Origin: an archaeon
GTDB lineage: Archaea > Nanobdellota > Nanobdellia > Woesearchaeales > GW2011-AR9
Direction of reading: 5' to 3'
DNA length: 24,000 nucleotides
NCBI GenBank assembly: GCA_018697095.1
Contig: JABHSG010000004.1
Location: 366,452-390,451 of the forward strand
A program made the position numbers and the translations under genes. Shown piece after piece: positions 8,648 through 17,705 of this stretch. The notes under the pieces were generated by a model that ran no database searches, was not told where the DNA came from, and was given only the letters and a program-made list of their open reading frames with translations. Numbering within the stretch: the stretch's first letter is position 1; each line of letters begins with the position of its first letter.

Positions 8648-9229
8648 ATGCCTAAAAAAATATTTCAAAAAAGTAAACAAAGAATAAGGTTAATTCCTCT
8701 CAAAAAAATATTCTCTCCATCAAATATTGCAAAACTAATTAGCCTAATTCTCGTAATTACAATCGTTTCTTTATTTATCGGAAATCAATTACTTTCAAAC
8801 CAACTTCCAACTCTAACTTCATTTGCTTCATTACATTTCACTGGATATCTATTTTTCATCATGATGCCAGTAGAAGCACTAGTCCCATACTACTATGCCC
8901 TTGGCCACTCAGGAACTACTCTTTTCATCCTTTCAGTCACAACAGCAATAGTTGCCCAATTAATTGATTACGGGATTGGTTATTTAGCACCAAAATCATT
9001 TGTAATCAATCTAATTGGAGAAAAAAGAATAAGGCGTTTAGATAAGTTCCTAGAAAACTATGCGACATTATTCATCTTTTTGTTTAGTATAACTCCTCTT
9101 TCTTCGCCAATTATCATAGCACTTGCAGGTATTGTTGGATTCTCTTTCACAAGAACTTTCACAGCCTCACTTTTAGGCCTTATAGTCAAATATGCAATTT
9201 TGCTATTAACTCTTAGAATTCTCATCTAA
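8648..9229 (+). CDS. VTT/SNARE-associated (DedA/YqaA-like) membrane protein
   Basis: 193 aa polytopic protein with PVEALVPYYYALGHSG...QLIDYGIGYL...FLFSITPLSSPIIIALAGIVGFS, resembling the VTT domain. Confidence 0.7.
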   Translation: MPKKIFQKSKQRIRLIPLKKIFSPSNIAKLISLILVITIVSLFIGNQLLSNQLPTLTSFASLHFTGYLFFIMMPVEALVPYYYALGHSGTTLFILSVTTAIVAQLIDYGIGYLAPKSFVINLIGEKRIRRLDKFLENYATLFIFLFSITPLSSPIIIALAGIVGFSFTRTFTASLLGLIVKYAILLLTLRILI

Positions 9230-9333
9230 AAAATACCAAAGCAAGCAATTATGTTTATATCAAACAAAGCTAGCAGCATTATTGCTCTGCAATAACATTT
9301 ATAAAGCATCTAAAGCAAATCAGAGCTAGTCAA

Positions 9334-9417
9334 GCCAACGTGGCACAATCTGGTACTGCGCAAGACTGGAAATCTTGTTACCTTCGGGTTTTCCCGGTTC
9401 AAATCCGGGCGTTGGCG
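9334..9417 (+). tRNA. tRNA-Ser (anticodon GGA)
   Basis: Acceptor GCCAACG/CGTTGGC with discriminator G. Anticodon arm CAAGA-CTGGAAA-TCTTG. Long variable arm. T-arm CCCGG-TTCAAAT-CCGGG. Followed by a T-run (CTTTTTTTCC). Confidence 0.95.
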
Positions 9418-10294
9418 CTTTTTTTCCTACGGAGCTTAAGTTAGACTCTAATCAAATTTCTTCTTTTGTCGAGTATGTAACTAAGAAAAAGTATTCAAAT
9501 AGTCATACTAAGAAATTAGTTAGAAATGCTAAAAAATGGAGTAATTATACACACTTTTTCAGTTATGATAAATTGCGTAAATTAGACTTTATCTATTCTC
9601 TTGATGATGGAATGTATAAGACAATCAGAGCATTATGCCATTACTTCGAAGAATCTAATCATTTTGATACAGCTGTTGTTGAAGATATTGAAAAAATACG
9701 TAAAATATTGAAAGCTCCAAGAAAAAGAGCTGACATTTATGTTCCAACAGAAATTGAAGTTCAAGAAACATTAGAGATACTCAAAGATAAATATCCTAGT
9801 GTATACAACTATTATCTTTGTTTACTATATTCTGGTGCTCGTGTCAATGAAGTTGATTACTGGTGGAAAAATAAAGATAAACTTCGTATTATCCAAAAGG
9901 ATGGTTATTTCAAAGTTGAGATGAATTATCAACGAGGTTCTAGGAATTCAATCTATCTCTATTTGCCAAACAGTTGCAAAGATCTAACTCTTACTACTTA
10001 CAATTTTGTTACAAGAATAGTTCAAAGTGATCGTAGAATAATACGACCTAAATATCTATGTAAGTTCTTCTATACTAAATGCTTGAATTTAGATATTCCT
10101 TCGCTGTAGCAGATTTTTATCAAGGAAGAAGCTCAGTATCTATTGGGAATAGACATTACCTTGACAAAGAGCGTATGGCGGACGAGAAGTATCAATTACT
10201 AATCCATATTTTTTTTAAAAAAGGTAGAGATAATGTTGATAAAACAAAACCAGTAGTTGGAACAATAGAATTAATAAGTGGTTTTGGTAATTGA
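9375..10294 (+). pseudogene. Archaeal (SSV/plasmid-type) tyrosine recombinase, frameshifted near 10100-10110; upstream open frame overlaps the 3' part of tRNA-Ser
   Basis: ORF 9375-10109 contains YYLCLLYSGARVNEVDYWW (catalytic Arg region) and ends KYLCKFFYTKCLNLDIPSL*. The other frame continues VADFYQGRSSVSIGNRHYLDKERMADEKYQ, the conserved C-terminal box with catalytic Tyr. Confidence 0.8.
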
Positions 10295-10446
10295 GCAACT
10301 GAAAAAAATGATACTATTGTGATATATGTTAATAGTGCAATAATTAGTTTTCTTGACAAACTTGTTTCCCAAGCTTTGTCTAACTCAACTTTCCCATTTC
10401 TTAACTCAATTAAATCAAGTCTTTTTTCAATGCTAACCATAGTCAC
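10192..10446 (-). CDS. Small membrane protein, possibly a conserved family, ending SIVPTTGFVLSTLSLPFLKKIW
   Basis: 84 aa: MTMVSIEKRLDLIELRNGKVELDKAWETSLSRKLIIALLTYITIVSFF...PLINSIVPTTGFVLSTLSLPFLKKIWISN. An amphipathic N-terminus then two hydrophobic segments. Looks like a real compact protein. Confidence 0.6.
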   Translation of the reverse strand: MTMVSIEKRLDLIELRNGKVELDKAWETSLSRKLIIALLTYITIVSFFSVAQLPKPLINSIVPTTGFVLSTLSLPFLKKIWISN

Positions 10447-10472
10447 AAATAACTTTCTAAATTCAAATTATA

Positions 10473-11153
10473 TCAAGCTCGAAGCTGAGAAAGTGGCGTA
10501 GTAGTTGACAGATATTCAAGATCCCTTTCAGAAAGATTACCAAATTTAATAAGGTGATCAAGATTAGGCCCATTAATGTCCTTTCCATAAGTTTTTAACC
10601 TTTGATATGGAAGAACAATTACTCTTTGTTCATGCAAGGCTATTGCTTCTCCACTAAATGGAATAACATGTATTTGGGAATTGAGAGGCTCTCTTCTAGA
10701 TCCTTCCAAGAAGTATCTAAACTCATGCAAAGCTGACTCATATTCCCTAGAATCTGGTTGCCGTTCTAGAGCACTGTTTATCTCATAGTCTTCTAATTTT
10801 GGTCTAATTACTTTCTCACACCAAGAGTCATGAACATCCAGTCGGAATTTTCTCTCTGCTTTCCAAAATTCCATTTCAGAAGAATAATCTTCTACCCTTG
10901 GTTTAGTATTAATTCCACGTAATGCACTTTTAACAGCAGAGCTATATTTCACCTTTGATATTGCTACAACTCCGGTGACCATAACTTGCCCATTGTGGAC
11001 ATCATCAATACGAAGCTTTCCTATCCCAGACATGTGAGAAGGACTCATGTATTCTCCATCAAAAACATCTCTTTGATTACTTCTTATCCCATAAGGCTCT
11101 GTTTTGATTGAAAAATTTGAGTCTTTAAGTGTTACTTCAATTGTTTTTTTCAT
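10473..11153 (-). CDS. Hypothetical protein, 226 aa
   Basis: Long open frame with balanced charged/polar composition. No family recognised. Confidence 0.65.
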   Translation of the reverse strand: MKKTIEVTLKDSNFSIKTEPYGIRSNQRDVFDGEYMSPSHMSGIGKLRIDDVHNGQVMVTGVVAISKVKYSSAVKSALRGINTKPRVEDYSSEMEFWKAERKFRLDVHDSWCEKVIRPKLEDYEINSALERQPDSREYESALHEFRYFLEGSRREPLNSQIHVIPFSGEAIALHEQRVIVLPYQRLKTYGKDINGPNLDHLIKFGNLSERDLEYLSTTTPLSQLRA

Positions 11154-11263
11154 TTTATCATCTCCCCCTTTTTTAAACTGAAAAGAAAATTAATTTGTTA
11201 TGGTTGAGTAGCGACACAGAGATTATATTAAAAGAAGGGTCCCTTAACAGGGCGACTTCAACA

Positions 11264-11272
11264 GGATTTATA
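11264..11272 (+). promoter_or_regulatory. Putative TATA box of the TrmB-family gene
   Basis: Sequence ATTTATATA about 25-30 nt upstream of ATG 11297, consistent with a near-leaderless transcript. Confidence 0.4.
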
Positions 11273-11296
11273 TAGGAAAACTATTATTTAGTTAGA

Positions 11297-12055
11297 ATGG
11301 ACTTTTCAAATTTACAAAAAATTGGTTTAACTAATGGAGAAATTAAAGTCTACCAGGCGCTTTTAGATTTAGGAGAATGCACTAAAACAACTCTTGTAAA
11401 AAAAGCTAAAATTGCTCCAAGCAATGTTTATGATATTACAAACAGGTTGATTGAGAAAGGAATTATATCTAAAGTTATAAAAAATGGAATTGCCCATTTT
11501 AGCCCTGCCAATCCAAAACACATATTAAATTTTTTAGATTTGAAGAAAAAAGAACTTGAAAAAGAAAGAGACATTGTAACTGAAATTCTCCCAACATTAC
11601 TTGCAAGATATAAAGATTCAAAAGAAAAGGTAAATATTGAAGTTTTTCAAGGATGGAATGGCCTGAAAACAATATTTGAAGACCTTATAGATGACTGTAA
11701 GAAAGAAGATCAAAATTATGTTTTTGGAGCAAGCAAAGGTGAGAGTGATAAACAAACAGATAGATTTTTTTTGAAATATTCTAAACTAAGAGAAAAAAAA
11801 GGAATAATTACCAATATTATCTTTAACAAAGAGCTTAAACAAAGAAAGCAAAGAATTGATTTTTTTCTAAAGTCCAAAAGATATAATGTTCGTTTTTTAG
11901 ATCATGTAACTCCATCTGAGATTATGCTATGTAAAAACAAAACCTGTATTATTATTTTATCAAAAGAACCACTTGTTATAAGAATCACAAGTAAAGAAGT
12001 AATGAACAGCTTTAAACAGTATTTTGATATTATGTGGAAACAAGCAAAGAAATAG
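11297..12055 (+). CDS. TrmB-family transcriptional regulator
   Basis: LQKIGLTNGEIKVYQALLDLGECTKTTLVKKAKIAPSNVYDITNRLIEKGIISKV is a TrmB-type winged HTH, followed by a coiled-coil and an effector-like domain. Confidence 0.85.
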   Translation: MDFSNLQKIGLTNGEIKVYQALLDLGECTKTTLVKKAKIAPSNVYDITNRLIEKGIISKVIKNGIAHFSPANPKHILNFLDLKKKELEKERDIVTEILPTLLARYKDSKEKVNIEVFQGWNGLKTIFEDLIDDCKKEDQNYVFGASKGESDKQTDRFFLKYSKLREKKGIITNIIFNKELKQRKQRIDFFLKSKRYNVRFLDHVTPSEIMLCKNKTCIIILSKEPLVIRITSKEVMNSFKQYFDIMWKQAKK

Positions 12056-12216
12056 TTTCAAAAATTATAACTAGTAATAATGTAATAACTAAGTCATACA
12101 GTTACTCTTTCAACCTTTTCTATAACCAATACAATCTGAAAGCAGAAGTTACGATAGATACAACAAAAGTAATCAACAACAACATTATTAAAAAAATAAA
12201 AAATAAATAAAAAAAA

Positions 12217-15201
12217 TTATTTAGTAAACTTCTTTTTCAAAAGTAAACCAAGTCCAGTTAACAAAGCCAATGAAACCAGTACAGCAAGTGGTTTCAAAAG
12301 ATCTTTAATAGATCCACCAAAAAATCCAGTTACTGCTCCAGTAATTCCGGATGCAAACCCAGTGTCTTCTGATTCAATCACTTCAACTACTGGTTCTTCA
12401 ACTGTTTCTTCAACTTCGATTGTAGAAACTTCTTCCTCACAACTTCGTGATTCAGCAGGCATTGGACTTTCTTCAAGAACATCTGCTTGACCACGTGCAA
12501 TTTTTGTAGAACATCCATTTGCATCATAACATGACCTTGACTGTTCACTAGCACTACAAATTGACCATGCAAGGCAGATCCAACTTTCTTTACAGACTTC
12601 ATCTTCTTCAGAATCATCACTTGTTGAGCTACAACCAGGGTCATCTTCGTCAAATAGTCCATCGCCATCATTATCTCTGTTATCATTACACTCAGTTCTA
12701 CTTGAAGATGATCCTCCTCCTCCACCGCCACCAGACGAACCAGAAGCTGAAACTGCTGCGCTAACAGTAAAATCAACTTCACTTAAGTCAGCCACATTTC
12801 CTTGCGAATCTGTTGCTGTACAAATGGCAGTAATAGTGCCAGCAGCACTTGTATCGTCACCAGTAACCACAGCAGTCACAGTACTTCCATAACTTACTGA
12901 ACTTGAATCATCTGTTGCATCACAAGTACAATCTGAACTTGCACCAACAGTCAAGTCAGAACAAGTAAATGAACTAATAGTTGGTGCAGTCGCATCAATG
13001 TAAACAGTAAATTCATCACTTAATGAATCATCTCCTGCACCACTGTTTCCAGCATCATCAATTGTATACACAATGAAAGTTTCTTCTTCATTACTAAAGC
13101 TTGAAAAATCAACACTAACAGTTACTGAACTAGCTGCAGCTTCAGTAGTTGTAGTTTCACCAACAATGTTACCATCGCCATCCATTACATAAACTGAATA
13201 AAATCCAGCTTCGCTATCTACTTCAACAGTAATATCTTCTGAACCAGCTGCAACAATAGTTGGAGCATCAGTTACAGTTGCAGTTGAAGGAGCAGTATCA
13301 ATATAAAATGTTGATTCCGCATATCCTTCATTACCAGAGTCATCAAAAGCTCCAGCAGTAATGAAAATATATTGATCAGCGTAACCTGTTGCATCAAATG
13401 TGTATGAATAAGTTCCATCAGCACTTTCATTTGGGAAATCTGACAATACACTTTCAAGTTCTGGTCTAACATAAAATTCAAGAGAACTCAAACTAGTTCC
13501 AATAAAATCAGTAATTCCATAAGTAATTTCAATTGTAGAAGTTCCATCTACATAAGCTTCTCCAAATGATTCAAATTCAACTGGGCTGCTAATTACAATT
13601 ACTGGGTCAGAATCAATAAATTCCACAGTTTGCGTTTCTGAAGTACCAGTTAAGCTAACATCATCAGTACAAGTAATGTAAAAGTTATGATCTCCAGCTA
13701 CTGGATCCATTCCAATAACAGTGTCCCATTCATCCTCAGAAACAGTTAAAGTAGTTTCTGTATCAATTGTTACAGATTCTGCAGTAAAGCTAAACACTCC
13801 ACCTACTCCATAAACCATGGTTGTATCATCTAAGTTTAGGTTACAAGTTAATTCAGTATCTACTGTATCAGTTGCTTCAAAGCTAAATGAAATATCATCG
13901 TAGCTTGAAACTGATGCAGGTGCAGTCACAGTTGTGAACTCTGGTGCTGCATTATCAAAAGCAATGTTAATTGTTTCTGTTGCAGAGTTACCAGCTTCAT
14001 CAGTTGCATCAATTGTGATAACATACCAACCATCATCGGAACTTCCATCAAAACTAATAGTTTCTCCAAAAAGGTCACCTGATGGATTTGAAGCAGGAGC
14101 AATCTGAGTAGTTCCATCTGGATCAGTTCTAGTGAGCGTTACAGTCAAACCTGCAGCAGCTGAAAAATCATCTACAATTGTAGAACTTATAATTACAACA
14201 CTACTACTTGAAAGATCAAATACTTCACTTTCACTTGGAGAACTAACAGTAATAACTGGTACTGTTGCATCCACTACGCTAAAAGTTTGTGTTGTTGAAA
14301 CACCTTCATTTCCTGCATCATCAGTACAAACAACTAAATATTGAAATTCTCCTTCAATAATTAATCCAGTAATTTCAGTTGTAACTAATTCACCATTGGT
14401 GTATGAATCACTTTCTTCTAATTCAAGATCATCACCTACTTCACCTACAAATAATCCGCAAGTTAATTCATCTGCCAAGTTATCTTCAGGGATAAATTCA
14501 ACTAAAAAAGTATTATCGTTTGTTGTTCCTTCATCTGCATTTTCAAGAGATACTACTGGCACTTCAGTATCAACTGAAAAACTAAGAACATTTTCTAGAT
14601 TTTGATTTAGTGCTTCATCTACACATTCAAAGTAAACTTCATGATCTCCATCAGCAATTGATGTTGCAAAAGTTTCAAATTCAGAACCAGTCCCATAACT
14701 TTGGTCAGCTAATAAAAGTTCAGAATTTAAATAAATGTCACAAACAAAACTTGTTGATTGATCATCAGTTATTTCAAAATAGATAGTAGGAGTATCACTT
14801 GAAGAAACTGTATCTTGAGCAGAAGTCCAACTAAATACTGGTGTCACAAAATCAGACATAATATCTACAGTCCCAGTTTCTAAATCAGTTCCTTCAGTAA
14901 AGCTATATCCAAGAGTGAGTAAATCAGATGAGCTAAACGAAGATGACAAAGTTGAAAGAGTAACTGACAATTCATCTCCAGTACTTAAATCTTCAAAATA
15001 TACTATATCTACTTCATCAGTAACTCCTATAGTCAAATTTTCAAGATCAGTTCCTGTTACTGTTACGATAGTGTTATCTGATAAAAATCCGTCACCATCT
15101 AATACGCTATAAGTATTCACATCGACATCGTATGCAAAAGCAGCAGGTAGCAGTAATAATACTGCTAAAATTATTGTTATAAATTTCATATATTTAGTCA
15201 T
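12217..15201 (-). CDS. Large secreted surface protein with Ig-like/adhesin repeats, Gly/Ser linker, Cys-rich modules and C-terminal TM anchor
   Basis: Signal peptide MTKYMKFITIILAVLLLLPAAFA. Repeated Thr/Ser/Asp-rich beta domains (DEAGNSATETINIAFDNAAP, DDSGNEGYAESTFYIDTAP). GGGGGGGSSSS linker, ECNDNRDNDGDGLFDEDDPGC, WICLAWSICSASEQSRSC, C-terminal hydrophobic helix and KKKFTK. Confidence 0.85.
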   Translation of the reverse strand: MTKYMKFITIILAVLLLLPAAFAYDVDVNTYSVLDGDGFLSDNTIVTVTGTDLENLTIGVTDEVDIVYFEDLSTGDELSVTLSTLSSSFSSSDLLTLGYSFTEGTDLETGTVDIMSDFVTPVFSWTSAQDTVSSSDTPTIYFEITDDQSTSFVCDIYLNSELLLADQSYGTGSEFETFATSIADGDHEVYFECVDEALNQNLENVLSFSVDTEVPVVSLENADEGTTNDNTFLVEFIPEDNLADELTCGLFVGEVGDDLELEESDSYTNGELVTTEITGLIIEGEFQYLVVCTDDAGNEGVSTTQTFSVVDATVPVITVSSPSESEVFDLSSSSVVIISSTIVDDFSAAAGLTVTLTRTDPDGTTQIAPASNPSGDLFGETISFDGSSDDGWYVITIDATDEAGNSATETINIAFDNAAPEFTTVTAPASVSSYDDISFSFEATDTVDTELTCNLNLDDTTMVYGVGGVFSFTAESVTIDTETTLTVSEDEWDTVIGMDPVAGDHNFYITCTDDVSLTGTSETQTVEFIDSDPVIVISSPVEFESFGEAYVDGTSTIEITYGITDFIGTSLSSLEFYVRPELESVLSDFPNESADGTYSYTFDATGYADQYIFITAGAFDDSGNEGYAESTFYIDTAPSTATVTDAPTIVAAGSEDITVEVDSEAGFYSVYVMDGDGNIVGETTTTEAAASSVTVSVDFSSFSNEEETFIVYTIDDAGNSGAGDDSLSDEFTVYIDATAPTISSFTCSDLTVGASSDCTCDATDDSSSVSYGSTVTAVVTGDDTSAAGTITAICTATDSQGNVADLSEVDFTVSAAVSASGSSGGGGGGGSSSSRTECNDNRDNDGDGLFDEDDPGCSSTSDDSEEDEVCKESWICLAWSICSASEQSRSCYDANGCSTKIARGQADVLEESPMPAESRSCEEEVSTIEVEETVEEPVVEVIESEDTGFASGITGAVTGFFGGSIKDLLKPLAVLVSLALLTGLGLLLKKKFTK

Positions 15202-15412
15202 ATTTTCACCCTCGATCTATAATCCTGGGTGTTTTTAGAAATCTAAAAAAGCACTTTAGGCTTTCAAAGGCACAGTAAAACAAATTTGTTTCAAGCTGTG
15301 AATTCAAGGTTGTGTTCCCCGCAACCTGGTCCCATTTTAATGGAATATTAGCTAAAAAGACACACTGTTTATAAATATTATGGCTTAATTGTCACTCTTC
15401 AGTGAATGCAAT

Positions 15413-15424
15413 TTGGCGCGCCAA
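15413..15424. promoter_or_regulatory. 12-bp perfect palindrome TTGGCGCGCCAA, candidate operator upstream of the surface-protein gene
   Basis: Perfect dyad in strongly AT-rich sequence, upstream of the minus-strand TATA-like AATATTTATAAAC (about 15368-15380). Confidence 0.3.
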
Positions 15425-15540
15425 CTAGAAAACAAAAAAATAATGGCTTTTTTCATAGCCAAATCAATAAAAAAGTAAGCAAAAATTTAGTTTATATTCC
15501 ATTTCTACCACTAAAGAAGTAGCTCAAACCAGAAAAGAAC

Positions 15541-15577
15541 AAAGAAAAAAAAAAAAAAAGAAAAAAAAAAAAAAAAA
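15541..15577 (-). terminator. Probable oligo-T termination tract for the SPFH gene (poly-A as read on the + strand)
   Basis: AAAG(A)13G(A)18 on + reads as long T-tracts on the minus strand shortly after the stop of the SPFH gene at 15638. Confidence 0.5.
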
Positions 15578-15637
15578 TTAACAAAAATGAACAAAAAATA
15601 ATAATTAAAAAACAAAAAAGATATACTAATTTACTAG

Positions 15638-16390
15638 CTACTTCTTACCAAACCGTTCAAATGCCCGAAGTATTTCAAGAGGCATAGCAAACACAACTGT
15701 GTTATTTTTATCAGCTGAGATATCACTTAGTGATTGCAAAGTCCGTAAATGAAGCGCACCATCAGAACTACTTAGTAAACTAGCAGCCTTAGAAAGATTC
15801 TTAGCAGCTTCAAGTTCCCCGCCAGCCTTAATAATCACAGCACGTTTCTCTCTCTCTGATTCAGCTTCTGCGGCAAGTACTCGTTTCATTTCCTGAGGTA
15901 ATTCCACATCTTTAAGTTCAACTGACTGAACATCAATTCCCCAAGGGTCAGTTGCTTTATCAACAATTACTTTAATTTTTTGTGAAATTTTTTCTCGGCC
16001 AGCAAGTAGATCATCAAGCATTACTTCTCCAACAACATCACGCATTGTTGTTTGTGCAAGTTGGCTTGTTGCATATCCAAAATGCTCAACTTCCAAAATA
16101 GCTTTTGAAGAATCTTTAACTTTGTAATACAAAACTGCATTCACTCTAACAGACACATTATCTTTAGTGATAGCATCTTGGCTAGGAACATCAATTGTCT
16201 TAACACGCATATCAATTCTCTCCCAACTTTGAACTGCTGGGACTACAATCCTAAGTCCTGGTTTCATAACTCCAGAATACTTTCCAAGCGTAAACAAAAC
16301 GCCACGTTCATACTCCTTAACAATTTTTATTCCAGATAAAATAATCAATACTACAAAACTAATAATCCAAACTCCAAATCCAATAATCAT
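15638..16390 (-). CDS. SPFH/Band 7 domain protein (stomatin/slipin-like)
   Basis: GIKIVKEYERGVLFTLGKYSGVMKPGLRIVVPAVQSWERIDMRVKTIDVPSQDAITKDNVSVRVNAVLYYKV...LPQEMKRVLAAEAESEREKRAVIIKAGGEL. Confidence 0.95.
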   Translation of the reverse strand: MIIGFGVWIISFVVLIILSGIKIVKEYERGVLFTLGKYSGVMKPGLRIVVPAVQSWERIDMRVKTIDVPSQDAITKDNVSVRVNAVLYYKVKDSSKAILEVEHFGYATSQLAQTTMRDVVGEVMLDDLLAGREKISQKIKVIVDKATDPWGIDVQSVELKDVELPQEMKRVLAAEAESEREKRAVIIKAGGELEAAKNLSKAASLLSSSDGALHLRTLQSLSDISADKNNTVVFAMPLEILRAFERFGKK

Positions 16391-16490
16391 TTTTAACTCC
16401 TCCTAATACTAAATAAAACATAAAAAACACCTATTTAAGTATTTGTAATCACCAAACTTATAAACTCCATTCTTAACATCTAAAAATAAC

Positions 16491-17705
16491 ATGTTAACTC
16501 CAAAACAAGTCAAAACTCTACGTACTGCTATTGAAAACTCTCAAAGTCCACTTTTCATTCATGACGACGACCCAGACGGCTTATGTGCGTTCCTCTTACT
16601 ATATGATATTAAACGTGAGGGCAAAGCTTTGATGTTAAAAGCTGCCCCAAAACTTGACACAAGATTCCTTAGAAAAATTGAACACTTAAGTTACGATTCT
16701 TTATTCATTTTAGATGTACCCCAAGTAGAACAAGATTTTATTGACCAAATCAAAACACCTATCTATTGGATAGATCACCATGGTCCAGAACGTCCAAAAA
16801 AAGCTAATTATTTCAACCCAAAATTAAACAATCCTGATGGTTATTTTCCAACAACATATTGTGCTTGGCAAATTAATCCAAACAAAGATAAGATGTGGCT
16901 CGCAATGGCTGGTTGTTTAGCAGATTGGTGCCTTCCAGATTTCACTAAAGATTTTCAAAAAAAGTATCCTAAACTTCTTAAAAAATCACAAACAAAAGAT
17001 ATTGGGACTGCTTTTTTTAAATCAAAAATAGGAATCATTTCAGTTCTCTTATTTTTTATGTACAAAGGATCAAATAACGACGTTCAAAAACGCCTAAGTG
17101 TAATGCGTCAAATTTCCGGGCCAGAAGAAATTTTAGATCAAACAACACCTAAAGGTAAATTTCTTTGGAAACATTATGCTAAAACAAACAAAGCATACGA
17201 GTACCACATCACTAAAGCAAGTACATGTAAAACAAAATCAAAATTACTAATTTATAATTACATTGATTCAAGATTTTCTTTCACATCTATTTTAGCAAAT
17301 CAATTACAATGGTTACACAAAAACAAAGTAATTCTAATTACTAGAAAAAGCGATGGGAAATACAAATGTTCATTAAGAGCCCAATTCCCAATCGTTGATG
17401 CACTTAAAGATGCATTAGAAGGATTAGAAGGTTATGGTGGAGGACACCCAACTGCTTGTGGTGCGGTAGTAGCAGAAATTGATTGGGAACATTTCATCAG
17501 GAAATTCGAAGAAAATATTGTGAAATCTTGGCCTAAAAAAACCATTAAAAAAATAGAGAAAAAAGAAACAACAAAAACTGGGCCGCAAAGTGGCACTGAC
17601 TTAGGAACTGGCACAGTTTCAAAGAAATCAATCAGTAAAAAAATTAAAAAAATATCAACTAAAAAACCTAAAATAAAGAAAACAAAAAAAATAGATTCAA
17701 AATGA
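16491..17705 (+). CDS. DHH-family phosphoesterase (RecJ-like)
   Basis: FIHDDDPDGLCAFLLLYD, LFILDVPQVE, IYWIDHHGPE, and DHHA1-like GLEGYGGGHPTACGAVV. Lys-rich C-terminal extension. Confidence 0.9.
   Translation: MLTPKQVKTLRTAIENSQSPLFIHDDDPDGLCAFLLLYDIKREGKALMLKAAPKLDTRFLRKIEHLSYDSLFILDVPQVEQDFIDQIKTPIYWIDHHGPERPKKANYFNPKLNNPDGYFPTTYCAWQINPNKDKMWLAMAGCLADWCLPDFTKDFQKKYPKLLKKSQTKDIGTAFFKSKIGIISVLLFFMYKGSNNDVQKRLSVMRQISGPEEILDQTTPKGKFLWKHYAKTNKAYEYHITKASTCKTKSKLLIYNYIDSRFSFTSILANQLQWLHKNKVILITRKSDGKYKCSLRAQFPIVDALKDALEGLEGYGGGHPTACGAVVAEIDWEHFIRKFEENIVKSWPKKTIKKIEKKETTKTGPQSGTDLGTGTVSKKSISKKIKKISTKKPKIKKTKKIDSK

Noticed and set aside
9375-9420. N-terminal peptide MLPSGFPGSNPGVGAFF of the integrase ORF as genuine protein
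   Set aside because: It is encoded by the tRNA-Ser variable and T arms from a TTG start, so the mature integrase probably starts downstream or was originally fused at the att site.
12387-15112. Many ORFs overlapping the 994-aa surface protein (12387-12782, 12561-12764, 13272-13481, 13926-14117, 14132-14344, 14396-14605, 14915-15112)
   Set aside because: They are alternate-frame shadows of a Ser/Thr/Asp-rich repetitive gene. Their compositions (QLL, SSS/TSS strings) have no protein-like character.
15531-15600. Poly-A/poly-purine tract as a repeat element or CRISPR-like feature
   Set aside because: Simple homopolymer-like sequence with no repeat-spacer structure. Best explained as an oligo-T terminator for the minus-strand SPFH gene.
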